From Chiloscyllium plagiosum (lineage: Eukaryota): 28,230 nucleotides of DNA. Made by a program: the position numbers and the translations under genes. The stretch is from NCBI RefSeq assembly GCF_004010195.1, contig NC_057756.1, positions 10,005,330 through 10,033,559 on the forward strand. The letters run 5' to 3'. Shown here one piece after another: positions 9,589 through 20,184 of this stretch. The notes below the pieces were generated by a model. It was not told the DNA's origin, searched no databases, and was given only the letters and a program-made list of their open reading frames with translations. Every line of letters begins with the position of its first letter. Position 1 is the first letter of the stretch.

Positions 9589-10171
9589 ATGATCAATCGT
9601 TTGCTTTTGGAATTGCTTCTTTTTATGAAATGCATGTTTATGTTTGTGGCTAAGCTGGCCTTTCTGATATTTGCTCATTGCCTCCCTTCTCTAGTGAGAG
9701 AAAAATGTCAAAATGTGAACCTCCATGTGAGACATTTGGTGAACCTGTGCTCAGATAACCTGCAAGTTGTGAAAATTTCTTTACAAGTGGTGTCTTTCAT
9801 TCTGCTGAAAGCAGCCACAGTCCTTTATTGGTTTACTACATTTGAGTTTGGTGTAATCTGAACTTTGAAATTATGTCCTTTGATCTAATGCTCAAATAAG
9901 TTAAATACAAAAAAGGAGCAGTCATCCTGATACTGGCCAGTTACTTTCTCTTCCTCTACAAATTCATCCAGTACTTTGTTCTAACTATTTATTGATTTAT
10001 ATTACATTTTATGACTCCCACTCAGATCTATGTGCAGATATCCCTGTTTAAACAGAGTTCTAAGATCAAATTTTCATTTTCATATTGCTTGTAAAGTAAA
10101 ATCACACCTGAAGAGCGTTATTGGCCTCGAACTCAATCTGCCCAGCCAACTGAGTTAACCAACCCCCACTT

Positions 10172-10458
10172 CCAATGCCAATACACCTTTCCTTAGAAAA
10201 GAGGATAAACATAGTATTCTAGGTGTGGTCTAACTTGTGCCTTGTACAGTTTCAGCAAGACTGCCCTATTTTTTATCCTCCCTTTCTTTATTCCATTTGC
10301 CTTCCCTATTAGCTGCTGAATTTGCATGCTTTTTGTGATTTATGTGCAAGGACTCTGAAATCTCTTGTGCTTCAGCTTTCTGCACTCTCACTCAACTTAA
10401 ATAATATTCAGCACCTCTTGCTGCTAACATGCATAAGTTTTTACCTACTCATTTAACT
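10172..10458 (-). mobile_element. Old CR1 fragment (resumes at 11336-11446)
   Basis: Minus strand LKLYKAQVRPHLEY motif; interrupted by the SINE/CR1 block. Confidence 0.7.
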
Positions 10459-10461
10459 TGT

Positions 10462-10533
10462 GGGGCGACACAGTAGCTCAGTGGTTAGCATTGCTGCCTC
10501 ACAATGCCAGTAACCTGGGTTCAATTCCAGCCT
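10462..10533 (+). mobile_element. HE1-type tRNA-derived SINE, 5' head
   Basis: A box TAGCTCAGTGG 10474-10484, B box GGTTCAATTCC 10518-10528; the body resumes at ~11089. Confidence 0.85.
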
Positions 10534-11088
10534 TTACAACGTGATCTTGATCAGATGGGCCAATGGGCTGAGAAGTGGCAGATGGGATTTAGATAAATGC
10601 AAGGTGCTACATTTTGGGAAAACAAATCCTAACAGGACTTCAACCTTAATGATAAGGCCCTAGGGAGTGTTGCTAAACAAAGAGACCTTGGAGTGCAGGT
10701 TCATAGCTCCGTGAAAATGGAGTCGCAGGTAGATAGGATAGTGAAGAAGGCGTTTGGTATACTTTCCCATATTGGTCAGTGTATTGAGTACAGGAGTCCA
10801 GAACTAGAGGGCATAGGTTTAGGGTGAGAGGGGAAAGATATAAAAGAGACATAAGGGGCAACTTTTTCACGCAAATGGGTGGTACATGTATGGAATGAGC
10901 TGCCAGAGGAAGTGGTGGAGGCTGGGACAATTGCAACATTTAAAAGGCATTTGGATGGGTATATGAATAGGAAGGGTTTGGAGGGATGTGGACCGGGTGC
11001 TTGCAGGTGGGACCGGATTGGGTTGGGATATCTGGTCGGCATGGACACGTTGGACCGAAGGGTCTGTTTCTGTTCTGTACATCTCAAT
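10534..11088 (+). mobile_element. CR1 3' fragment inserted in the SINE, internally deleted
   Basis: LQRDLDQMGQWAEKWQM...QRDLGVQVH...WNELPEEVVEAGTIATFKRHLDGYMNRKGLEG. Confidence 0.9.
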
Positions 11089-11335
11089 GACTGTGTGTGG
11101 AGTTTGTATGTTCTCCCCGTATCTGTGTGGGTTTCCTCCCACAGTCCAAGAATGTGCATGTTAGGTGGATTGGCCATGCTAAATTGCCCAAAGTGACCAG
11201 AAAGGTGTAGGTTAGGTGAATTATCCATGAGAAATGCAGGGATAAGGTGGGCGATGTCAGGGTGGGATGCTCTTGGGAGAGTCGATGAGAACTTGCTGGG
11301 CCGAATGGCCTGTATCCACACTGTAAGGATTCTGT
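11089..11335 (+). mobile_element. HE1-type SINE body and 3' tail
   Basis: gtgtggagtttg...cccacagtccaa...ttaggtggattggccatgctaaattgccc...ggccgaatggcctgtatccacactgt. Confidence 0.85.
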
Positions 11336-11446
11336 CTCTGCCCTTCTGTGTACTAATGTGGCATCCTCACCACTTGAACTCCCAAATGGTTTTTGTGTCA
11401 TCTACAGACTTGATAGTTCATTCACTTCCCTTAACCAAATCATGAG

Positions 11447-11790
11447 ATTGCATTAGAAAGGGTGGAGATGTTGCCTGGTTTAGAAGGTTTTAGTTATGTG
11501 GAGAGATTGGACAGACCGGGATCATTTACCTTGGAGCAGATGAGACTGAGGGAAAGGACATGATTAAGATGTATAAAATAATGGTTGGCGTATTATTCCT
11601 GTAGGAAGGAATATTTCCCCTTGGTGAAGGGTTTGATGATTAGGGGACATAGATTAAAGGTAAGGGGTAGAAGGTTTAGAATATGAGGATACTTTTTCTT
11701 TCATCCAGAGGGTGGTGGAAATCTAGAACTCTCTGTCTGTGAGAGTCATAGAAGCATAGACCCTCAATGTTTAAGAAGTATTTTGATGTT
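11447..11790 (+). mobile_element. Old CR1 3' fragment
   Basis: Degenerate MLPGLEGFSYVERLDR...RGH..K...QRVV motifs. Confidence 0.75.
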
Positions 11791-11799
11791 CTCTCAGTT

Positions 11800-11900
11800 C
11801 CTTACTTCTGAGGAAGGGTCATTGGACCTGAAACGTTAACTCTGATTTCTCTTCAGATGCTGCCAGACCTGCTGTGCTTTTCCCCCAATATCTGTGTAAT
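11800..11900 (+). mobile_element. Penelope-like terminal repeat with hammerhead motif
   Basis: CTGAGGA(11808-11814)-A-GGGTC attg GACCT-GAAAC-GTT, then gatgctgccagacctgctg. Confidence 0.7.
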
Positions 11901-12509
11901 GCTCCCAGCTGATGATATTACCTGGAAAGTCAGATCCCAACCTGAAACCTGGTTTGATAAATCATATTTTGTCTTGTTTTACATGAAACCATCACATTAC
12001 GGTACTCAAACGTCAGAGAGAATTCACTCTATTACAACTATAGGCCTGATATAACTGTTTCTTTCAATACCCGATCTTGGAAGTTTGATTGCCTTTCTCT
12101 TGATTTATAATGCAACTAAGCTGAGACTTTCACAGCTTTGATTACCCTTCTGGGTTCTACTCAAACACGAAATTACTGATACCATGTGGCAGAGGACCTG
12201 CACACAACATCTGAGGTAGGTGATAGGTGCATCTCGATGAACAGTTGATAGGTTTATTAAATATTATTTAATTGGTGTTTATATTACATTTGAGACACAT
12301 GATTGTTTCACTTGAGAGTTTCAGGCTATACATAAAAGTGAATTCACATGTTGCTACTCTGCAAACAGTTAACTATTTATCACATGATTAGCTATTTTGC
12401 AACTACTCATCAATTCCATCCAGGAACAGTAATTTATTGCCTCTTGTACAGAGCTTATTTTGAGATGTCAGTTAACACTTTCAGGTAGATTCTGACAACA
12501 CCATAAGTG

Positions 12510-13385
12510 GGTCATTTCCTGGTTGGAAGACACAAGTGGTGTGCCACAGGGATCAGAGCTGGGTCTTCAACTCTTTACAACGCAGATGAATTCACTGAAT
12601 GAAGGGAATGCAGGTTTAGTTGCAAAGTTTGATGACACATAGATAGATATGAAGTCATTTTTTAGGAGGGAGCAACGAAGCTACAAGATAATACTGATAG
12701 GTTATGAGAATGACCAAAGATCTGGTCTTGTGGGAAGATATAAATGTGACCATTTCGGCAGAAGAATAAAAATCATCTTGCCTCAATGATGAGAAATTGA
12801 AATGACCTGAGATGCAGAGGAATCTAGATGTCCAAGTAGTTGTATCACAAAAGGTTAGTGAATAAACACAGCTAGTTGTTGGGAAACCAGAAAATGTTGT
12901 TTTTATTGCATTTTATGAGGGGAATTGAATACAGAAGTAGAAAATTGATGCTTCAGTTACACAGAACATTGAGGCATACCTGGTGTACTGTGCACTGTAT
13001 TGCTTTTCCTATTTATGGATAGATGTAAATGCATTGGCGGAGTTCAGAGAAGAGTTATAAGATGAGTACGGCTGGGTGGGTTGCCTTCCGAGGAAGGGCT
13101 GAACAGGTTAGACTTGTATATGTTGGAGTGTAAAAGACTACAGGTGGCGTGATTGAAACATACAGGAACCTGAGGGGTCTTGACAAAGCAGATGTGGAGA
13201 GGATGTTTCATCTTATGGGAGACTGTAGAATTAGGGCTCACTATTTAAAAATCATGGGTCACTCATTTATGACAGAGATAGAGAAGTGATCAGAATTGTG
13301 AGTCTTTGGAACACTAAAAGGTGCTGGAAGCAAGATCATAGCAAATGATATAAAGGTGGACTGTAAAAATGTCTCTACGTATGTG
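12510..13385 (+). mobile_element. Old CR1 RT/C-terminal fragment
   Basis: SGVPQGS.LG, VAKF.DD and LQLYR.L..LxYC remnants with many stops and indels. Confidence 0.8.
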
Positions 13386-13479
13386 TAAGGGAAAATATTA
13401 ACAAGATGAAATATGAGTCGATTGCAGGCAGAAATAGAAAAGTTTTTCATGAAGAATTCCGAAATGGAGCAACTAAACC

Positions 13480-14453
13480 GTTATATTGTCTATTTTCATG
13501 GACAAAGGTACAGAAAATCTCCCAGAAATAATAAGAAACCAAGGGACTTCTAAAAATTAGATAACGAAATTACTATCAATGTTGAAGAACATGGAAATAA
13601 AGATAATGGATGCAATGGTGGTGATCTTTCAAAATTCTATAGATCCTGGAAAAGTTCCTGCAGACTTGAAAACAGGAAAGATAACCCAATTACGTTCGAA
13701 AGGAGAGGAAGACTAGAGATTAAGATTTATTAGTTTGATATCAACAGGGAAGAATTTATTTTAAGAATGGGATAATTAGGCACTTACAAAACAATGATAT
13801 GATTCAACAATGGATTTATGAAATGGAATTCATGTTTGATCCAAAGATGTGCATGGTTAGGTGAATTGGCTATGCTAAATTATCCATAGTGTTTAGGGAT
13901 GGGTTGGTTAGGTGCATGAGGCGGGTAAATGTAGAATAATAGGGTAGGGGAATGGATCTGGGTGGGTTAATCTTCAGAGTGCCATTATGGGTTTATTGGG
14001 CTGAATGGCCTGTTTCCACAGTGTAGGGATTCTATGGTAAATATGCTTGAGTTTTTGAATATGTTGCTTACAGCACAGATAAAGGAGAACGAATGGATGT
14101 GATGTATTTAGTTTTTCAAAGTTTTATGGATAGGAAGTTAGTAAATAAAATTAAAGTGCACAGGACTTCAGGTAATATATTGGCATGGATTGATAATTGG
14201 TGAACAGACAGAAAATAGAGAACAGATCATTCTTAGAATGACAAGCTGTTAAGAATGGGAGACAATAAAGATCAGTGCTTGGACCCTATTCACAATTTAT
14301 AAAAATAATTTGATGGTGAGTACTAAATATAATGCTGCAAAATTTGCTGATAACACAAAGTTTGGTGGAGATATGAGAAACAAGGGAGATACAAAGAGTC
14401 TTCAAGCGGATTTGGAAAGGCTACATGAAAGTGCAAGAGCATGGCCAATGGAG
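13480..14453 (+). mobile_element. Old host CR1, part 1 (continues at 15556-15758 and 19671-20118)
   Basis: IFQNS.D.GKVPAD.K...QxGF....SCL/LEF...DVMYL.F...KFADNTK...WPME remnants. Confidence 0.8.
13840..14036 (+). mobile_element. HE1-type SINE, 5'-truncated, inside the host CR1
   Basis: tccaaagatgtgca.gttaggtgaattggc...gggctgaatggcctgtttccacagtgtagggattctatg; the host reads SCL|insert|xNMLEF. Confidence 0.85.
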
Positions 14454-15540
14454 TTTTTTTTTTAAATTCATTCATGGGATGTTGGCATTGCTGATTGGCC
14501 AGCATTTATTGCCAGTCCCTGGCTGCCTTTGGGAAGGTGGTGGTGGTTGTTTCCTGCCTTCTTAAACTGCTGCAGTCTATGTGTTGTAGGTAAACCTATA
14601 ATGCTGTTGGGGGCGGGGGGGCGCATGGATTCCAGGATTTTGACCCAGCAACAGTAAAGGAAAAGCAATGTATTTCCAAGTCAGGATGACGAGTGGTGAG
14701 GAACTTGCAAGTGATAGAGTTCCCATGTTTCTGCTGCCAGTGTCCTTCTAAGTGGAAGTTGTGGCATGGCATACGGTGTGTTAGGTTTTATTTGTAGAGG
14801 GTTTGAGTTCCGGAGCTATAATGTCATGCTGCAACTATAGAAAATGCAAGTGCGGCCTCACTTGGAGTATTGTGTGTCAATCTGGTCGCCCCATTACAGG
14901 AAGGATGTGGACGCATTGGAAAAGGTGCAGAGGAGATTTACCAGGATGTTGCCTAGTCTGGAGCGAAGGTCGTATGAGGAAAAGTTGAGGGACTTGAGTC
15001 TGTTCTCATTGGAGAGACAAATGCTAAAATGGGATTTACTAGAAACATACAAGATGATCTGAGGATTAGAAAGGATGGAAGTGAAAGTTTTTTTCCTAGG
15101 ATGATGACATCTGCTTGTATGAGAGGGGATAGCTGCAAATTGAGGGGTGATACATTTAAGACAGATGTCAGAGGCAGGTTCTTTACTCAGAGAGTTTTAA
15201 GGGCGTGGAATGGCCTGCCTGCCAATGTAGTTAATTCAGCCACATAAGGAGCATTTAAACAGTCCTTGGATAAGCACATGGATGATGATGGGAATGTGTA
15301 GGGGGATGGGCTTAGATTAGTTCACAGGTCGGTGCAGCATCAATGGCCAAAAGGCCTTTTCTGCACTGTATTGGTTCTATGTTTTATGTTTGGGAAGGTG
15401 CTGTCTGAGGATCTTTGCTGAAATTCAGCAGTGTAGATGGTACACACTGCTGCTACTGAAAGTCAGTGGTGAAGTGAGTGGATGTTTGTGAAAGTGGTGC
15501 CAATCAAGGGGCTGATTTATCCTGGATGGTGTCACTACCC
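14454..15540 (-). mobile_element. Second-family LINE 3' part, split by a CR1 at 14768-15388
   Basis: T-tract at 14454; minus strand PNSIIGLPTTHRLQQFKKA...HHHL.KG; resumes at ~15389. Confidence 0.75.
14768..15388 (+). mobile_element. CR1 3' fragment
   Basis: VRPHLEYCVSIWSPHYRKDVDALEKVQRRFTRMLP...FFTQRVLRAWNGLP and a ttctatg tail. Confidence 0.92.
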
Positions 15541-15555
15541 TGAGGAATTCCTGTT

Positions 15556-15758
15556 GATATAATGTGAATAGTTTCAAAATTATTCACCTTGGTAGTTCGA
15601 AAATAAATGTATTTTTTTTAATTGGGGAAAGGCTGGAAATCATGGGTGTCTGGAAGGATTTGGATCTACTTGTCCTTTAATCATGAAAAATTGGCATAAA
15701 GACGCAGCAAGCAAATATCAAGGCAAAGCACATGTTGGCCTCCATCATAATGGGACTT
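15556..15758 (+). mobile_element. Old host CR1, part 2
   Basis: YNV...IIHLG...KDL..LV...KAKHMLASIIMGL, cut at the 20-bp duplicated site. Confidence 0.75.
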
Positions 15759-15860
15759 CACAACTGGGAGACACACCGATGAACCAGAGGCCATGTTAGA
15801 TCTTCTTACCACACATCCCACTTTGATGAGATCTGTCTGGCACGTCTCAGTTTTGGATAA

Positions 15861-16408
15861 AGTCATCGAGATGTACAGCACGGAAACAGACCCTTTGGTC
15901 CAACTTATCCAAGCTGACCAGATAGCCTAACAAAATCTAGTCCGACTTGCCAGCATCCGGCCCATATCCCTCCAAACCCTTCCTATTCATATACCCAATC
16001 ACATGCCTCTTAAATGTTGCAATTGTACTAGCCTCCACCACTTCCTCTGGCAGCTCATTCCATACACGTACCACCCTCTGTGTGAAAAAGTTGTCCCTTA
16101 GGTCTCTTTCATATCTTTCCCCTCTCACCCTAAACCGACGCCGTCTAGTTCTGGATTCCCCGATCCCAGGGAAAAGACCTTGTCTATTTACCCAATCCAT
16201 GCCCATCATGATTTTATAAACCTCTATAAGGTCACCCCTCAGCCTGCGACGCTCCAGGGAAAACAGCCCCAGCCTATTCAGCCTCTCCCTGTAGCTCAAA
16301 CCCTCCAACCCTTGCAAACATCCTTGTAAATCTTTTCTGAACCCTTTCAAGTTTCACAACATTTTTCCGATAGGAAGGAGACCAGAATTGCATGCAGTAT
16401 TCCAACAG
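15861..16408 (-). mobile_element. Young CR1 3' fragment
   Basis: ORF 16350-15937 GLEGLSYRERLNRLGLFSLERRRLRGDLIEVYKIM...FFTQRVVRVWNELP. Confidence 0.93.
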
Positions 16409-17549
16409 TAGCAGCTACAATATTTGCATTTGTTTGACTACCTGAAGAAACGAATATATGTTCTCATTTTCATATATATGTAATATATACATGTATGTAC
16501 ATATATGCAGCCCTCAAGAGAGAGAGAGAGAAAAGATGTTTAGTATTTTCTATAATAATGGCATTTATTATTTATCTTTCCAGAACGTTAATTTGAAAGG
16601 ACCTAAGCAATCTCCTTCAGTAGACATTATACACCTGTATCTCACCTGACCTCTTCAATGTCAATGCAGAAGCAATGGTCAAAGAAGTGTTTGAAGACAC
16701 AATATCTGCCATTAATATTGGGAGCAGGAGTGGCAAAGAAAACTATCACTTAGATTTTCACATGAGAAAGCGTTGTCCACAAGCACAGAAGGGGATTTAC
16801 AAGAACTGACAGATAGACCAGTAACACCAGGCATGAAATGTGGAATGAAAATTAACATTGGCAAACTAAAGTGATGAAAATCTCAAAATTACAAATAAAT
16901 ATTCATATTAACAGAAGGAAGAGTACTTAGTCTTTAGGAAGCATATCTCTGGGTGGAAGGTGCATCAAAGAATGAGAACAGCGTGGCAGTGGCGATGGCC
17001 ATATCATGGAAGACGAATCTGAATACAGAACTCAAACAGTGAGGTGGTCCATTTATTGGTAATTTTGAGATTTTCATCACTTTAGTTTGGCCAATGTTTA
17101 TTTTCATTCCATAGATCATGGAACGAGTCCATGTTCAAACACTTCTTTGACCATTGCTTCTGCATTGACATTGAAGAGGCCAGGTGATATACAGGTGTAT
17201 AATGTCTACTGAAGGAGATTGCTGAGATCCTTTCAAATTAGCGTTCTAGAAAGATAAATAATAAATGCCATTATTATAGAAAATACTAAACACCTCTCTG
17301 TCTCTCCACATATATATATGTAGATAGAGAGAGAGAGGTGTTTAGTATTTTCTATAATAATGACATTCATTATTTATCTTTCCAGAACGTTATATGCAGC
17401 TCTCTCTCTCTATATATATATATACATATAATATATATATATAGAGAGAGAGGGCTACATATATGCATGTATATATTATATGTACATGAAATTGGGAACA
17501 TTTATTCATTTGTTTAGGGGTGACACAAATGCAAATATTGTAGCTGCTA
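16409..17549. repeat. ~1.14-kb foldback inverted repeat (arms ~16409-16900 and ~17051-17549)
   Basis: Perfect 25-bp terminal match (16409-16433 vs 17525-17549) with extensive internal complementarity. Confidence 0.9.
16560..17050 (+). mobile_element. RTE-clade LINE RT fragment, decayed
   Basis: SPDLFNVNAEAMVKE...INIG...LRF...DLQEL.DR....GMKCGMKINIG..KVMKISK resembles RTE RT motifs. Confidence 0.6.
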
Positions 17550-17573
17550 TCCATTGTTCCTTCACTGAGTGGA

Positions 17574-17673
17574 AAAATCACACAACACCAGGTTATAGTC
17601 CAACAGGTTTAATTGGAAGCACACGAGCTTCCAATTAAACCTGTTGGACTATAACCTGGTGTTGTGTGATTTT
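17574..17673. repeat. Perfect 47-bp-stem hairpin, probably PLE-derived miniature element
   Basis: 17574-17620 is the exact reverse complement of 17627-17673; loop acacga. Confidence 0.85.
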
Positions 17674-18156
17674 AAACAGATTTATAACGGTTACTTCAAA
17701 TAAAACAAAAACTGTCGTGTACTCAAACAGCATAAAATAAAGACCAATACATTGTGGTCAGTGTTCCCAAAATGTCCTTTCCAGCAATATTTCCAATTAG
17801 CTCTTCTGATCACTCAACACCAATTCCAAAATAACGTGATCTCGAGCTCAGTGCTCGACATAATGTTAATGCAAACCATCTCACACGTGCTCATGAAATC
17901 CATTTTTCCCAGCATGAGCATTCAATTGGGTTAACACAGTTTAGATTTAATTTAAACAGTACATTATTACTGCAGTGCCCACAAATGTGTACATCTCATT
18001 TCCTGTTTTTTAACCTGCCCAGCATTTGTATTGCAGCTTTCACTTTGATATATAAATCCCATCAATGTTTGCTCCTCCTTGTTGTTTTTGCGCTCCACCT
18101 TACTAGATTCTGTAGAATCTGAGCGATGTGGGCTCTAGGAAGATTAATGGTAGAGA

Positions 18157-18217
18157 TCATCTCACAACATCATTTATGGTCTTCTCAAACTTGAATTTCT
18201 CCAGATCTCCCGTTATG
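18157..18217 (-). other. Candidate orphan terminal coding exon (xITGDLEKFKFEKTINDVVR*)
   Basis: Acceptor tacttctctactccatcAG (18219-18218), 19 codons, TGA, then ~480 bp of apparently unique UTR-like sequence; protein not recognised. Confidence 0.3.
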
Positions 18218-18314
18218 CTGATGGAGTAGAGAAGTACAATAATCTTCCAACAATGCTCTGTATTCCCCCAGAGAGCTGAGACTGCTCTAACCTGGGTGGG
18301 AACCTTACAACAGG

Positions 18315-18555
18315 CTGGTAAAGTGTTGTTGCTGCTGTACAGGATCTTAGTGAAATCACATCTGGAGTAGTGTGTACAGATTTAATCTCTTCAATGAAGA
18401 AAGGATGTTGTTGTATTGGAAGCAGCTCAGTGATGGTTCACTCAGCTGATTCCTGCAATGAAGGTGCGAGCTTATAACGAAAGGATGATCAGGTTGACCC
18501 AATAGCCATTGGAGTTTACAAAAATTAAAGAGTGTCCTATTTCAACATAGATGAC
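18315..18555 (+). mobile_element. Old CR1 fragment
   Basis: LLLYRILVKSHLE*CVQ...KDVVVLEAAQ..FTQLIP. Confidence 0.8.
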
Positions 18556-18589
18556 AGAAGGAATCAACAAGTGAAGCAAATTACGCAGA

Positions 18590-19310
18590 TAGTGGAGGAA
18601 TCCATTCCGTTCTCCAGCCTGTTACAGAGGAACAACAGAAGGATATTCAGGCCGTCGAGCCTGTTACACCAAAACAGGACGAGTCTATTCAGCCCTTGGT
18701 GCCTGATATACATTTACAGAAGGAGGCCAATCAGTCCCCGAGCCGATAACACTGGATCCAGAATAGGCCATGCTGCACCAGTATCCTGTTACACAGCAAC
18801 AGGATCAGTTCAGACAGCCACCTCAAGTCTGTAACATAGGAACTGGATGCGGTAACACATTGACTGGAGATTGTTACACTGGGATAACAGGAGGCCATTC
18901 AGACCCACCGAGCCTATTTCAAGGGAGTTGGATAAGGATAAAAACTATCTGACACTTCTTTCATATCTGTTATATGGGAACAAGAGAAGACCAATCACTC
19001 CCTCGGTCCCATCTCTGGGATTCATGTGGAGACCGTTCAGTATCTCCACCTGTTATGTGGAAGTATGAGAAGACCCATCAGCACCTCAAAATGTTACACA
19101 GCAACAGGAGGATTGCATAATCCCCCAACCCTCTAAGGCATCAACGGGAGAAGGTCATTCTGGCTTTGGAGACATCAGCATAGGAACACCAGAAAGACGT
19201 CAGCCCATCGAGATTGTACACCAGCAGGATGATGAGTCCAGTCAGTCACACATGCCTCAAACAGCAATTGGAGCAGATCTCTTAAAACCTTCTGCCCATT
19301 AAACAGGAAT
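18590..19310 (+). repeat. Degenerate ~42-bp satellite, roughly 17 units
   Basis: ctgttaca-like anchor at 18619, 18661, 18703, 18744, 18786, 18829, 18871; approximate unit acaggaggaggccattcagcccctcgagcctgttacac. Confidence 0.85.
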
Positions 19311-19492
19311 TAAAAAAAAAGTAAAGGTTTTCAAAAGGGAAGAAATTATAATAACCGTATACATTTGGGAGTAAAACGTAATGAAAAACTATTGTAATTT
19401 AAGACAATTCTTCGAATCCATAGTTGAGGACATTTGCAAAGTTAAACCACAATCCATGGGAGTCAACATGGTTTTACAAAGGAAAAATCAAG

Positions 19493-19670
19493 AGCGCAGC
19501 AGGTCAGGCAGCATCGAGGGAACGGGAGAATCGACGTTTCGGGCATTAGCCCTTCTTCAGGAATCCCGAAACGTCGATTCTCCTGTTCCCTAGATGCTGC
19601 CTGACCTGCTGCGCTTTTCCAGCAACACATTTCCATCTCTGATCTCCAGCATCTGCAGACCTCACTTTCT
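19493..19670. mobile_element. Inverted pair of PLE terminal repeats
   Basis: 19493-19543 pairs with 19565-19615; the plus copy runs to ctcactttct at 19670. Confidence 0.85.
19531..19564 (-). ncRNA. Minimal hammerhead ribozyme motif
   Basis: Minus strand attc-CTGAAGA-A-GGGC taat GCCC-GAAAC-GTC-ga. Confidence 0.7.
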
Positions 19671-20118
19671 CCTCCATCATAATGGGACTTGAGTAAAGGA
19701 GTAAGGGTGAATTGCTGTAATTGAATAGGGCCTATGTTAGATTGTGTACAGCTTTGGTTTCCTAACCTAAGGAAGGATGTTATTCTTATGAGGGAATGCA
19801 ATGGAGGTTCACCTGATTAATCCCTGGCTGGTGGGATTGTTTTGTGAGGGATTGAGGAAACTGGGTCTGTTGACTTTAGGATATTGATGAACAAGAAGTG
19901 GTCTCATTGAAACTTATAAAATTCTTGCAGACCGATGACTTCTAACCACTGAGTCTAAGTTAACAATAGATATCAATCTCATTTCTCAATGGCGTTGAAG
20001 GTTACATGAATTGTACGGAAAAGTGACTAATAATCAACCATGAACTTTTTGAATTTTGGAACAAATGTCAATGGGTGAAATGACCTACTCCCTGATCCTG
20101 ATTCCAACGTATCTATGT
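19671..20118 (+). mobile_element. Old host CR1, part 3 (3' end)
   Basis: E*RSK.ELL.L.RA.VR...VQLW.P.LRKDV...FTxLIP...LIETYKIL and a CR1-type tail. Confidence 0.8.
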
Positions 20119-20184
20119 ACTTTAAGTGTACATGCAGCTGTGTGCAAAAGCACTGATGTATAGTGATGTCTGATCACATGGACA

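Larger units (their letters stand above)
15759..19670 (+). mobile_element. 3.9-kb composite insertion with 20-bp target-site duplication, ending in a PLE terminus
   Basis: cctccatcataatgggactt at both 15739-15758 and 19671-19690; removing the interval rejoins the host CR1 in frame. Confidence 0.8.

Noticed and set aside
10462..10533. tRNA gene
   Set aside because: A and B boxes are present, but it is a SINE head whose body resumes at 11089.
18590..19310. CRISPR-like array or repeat-protein CDS
   Set aside because: Eukaryotic context, no constant repeat with unique spacers, and frames are interrupted by stops and 41/43-bp units.
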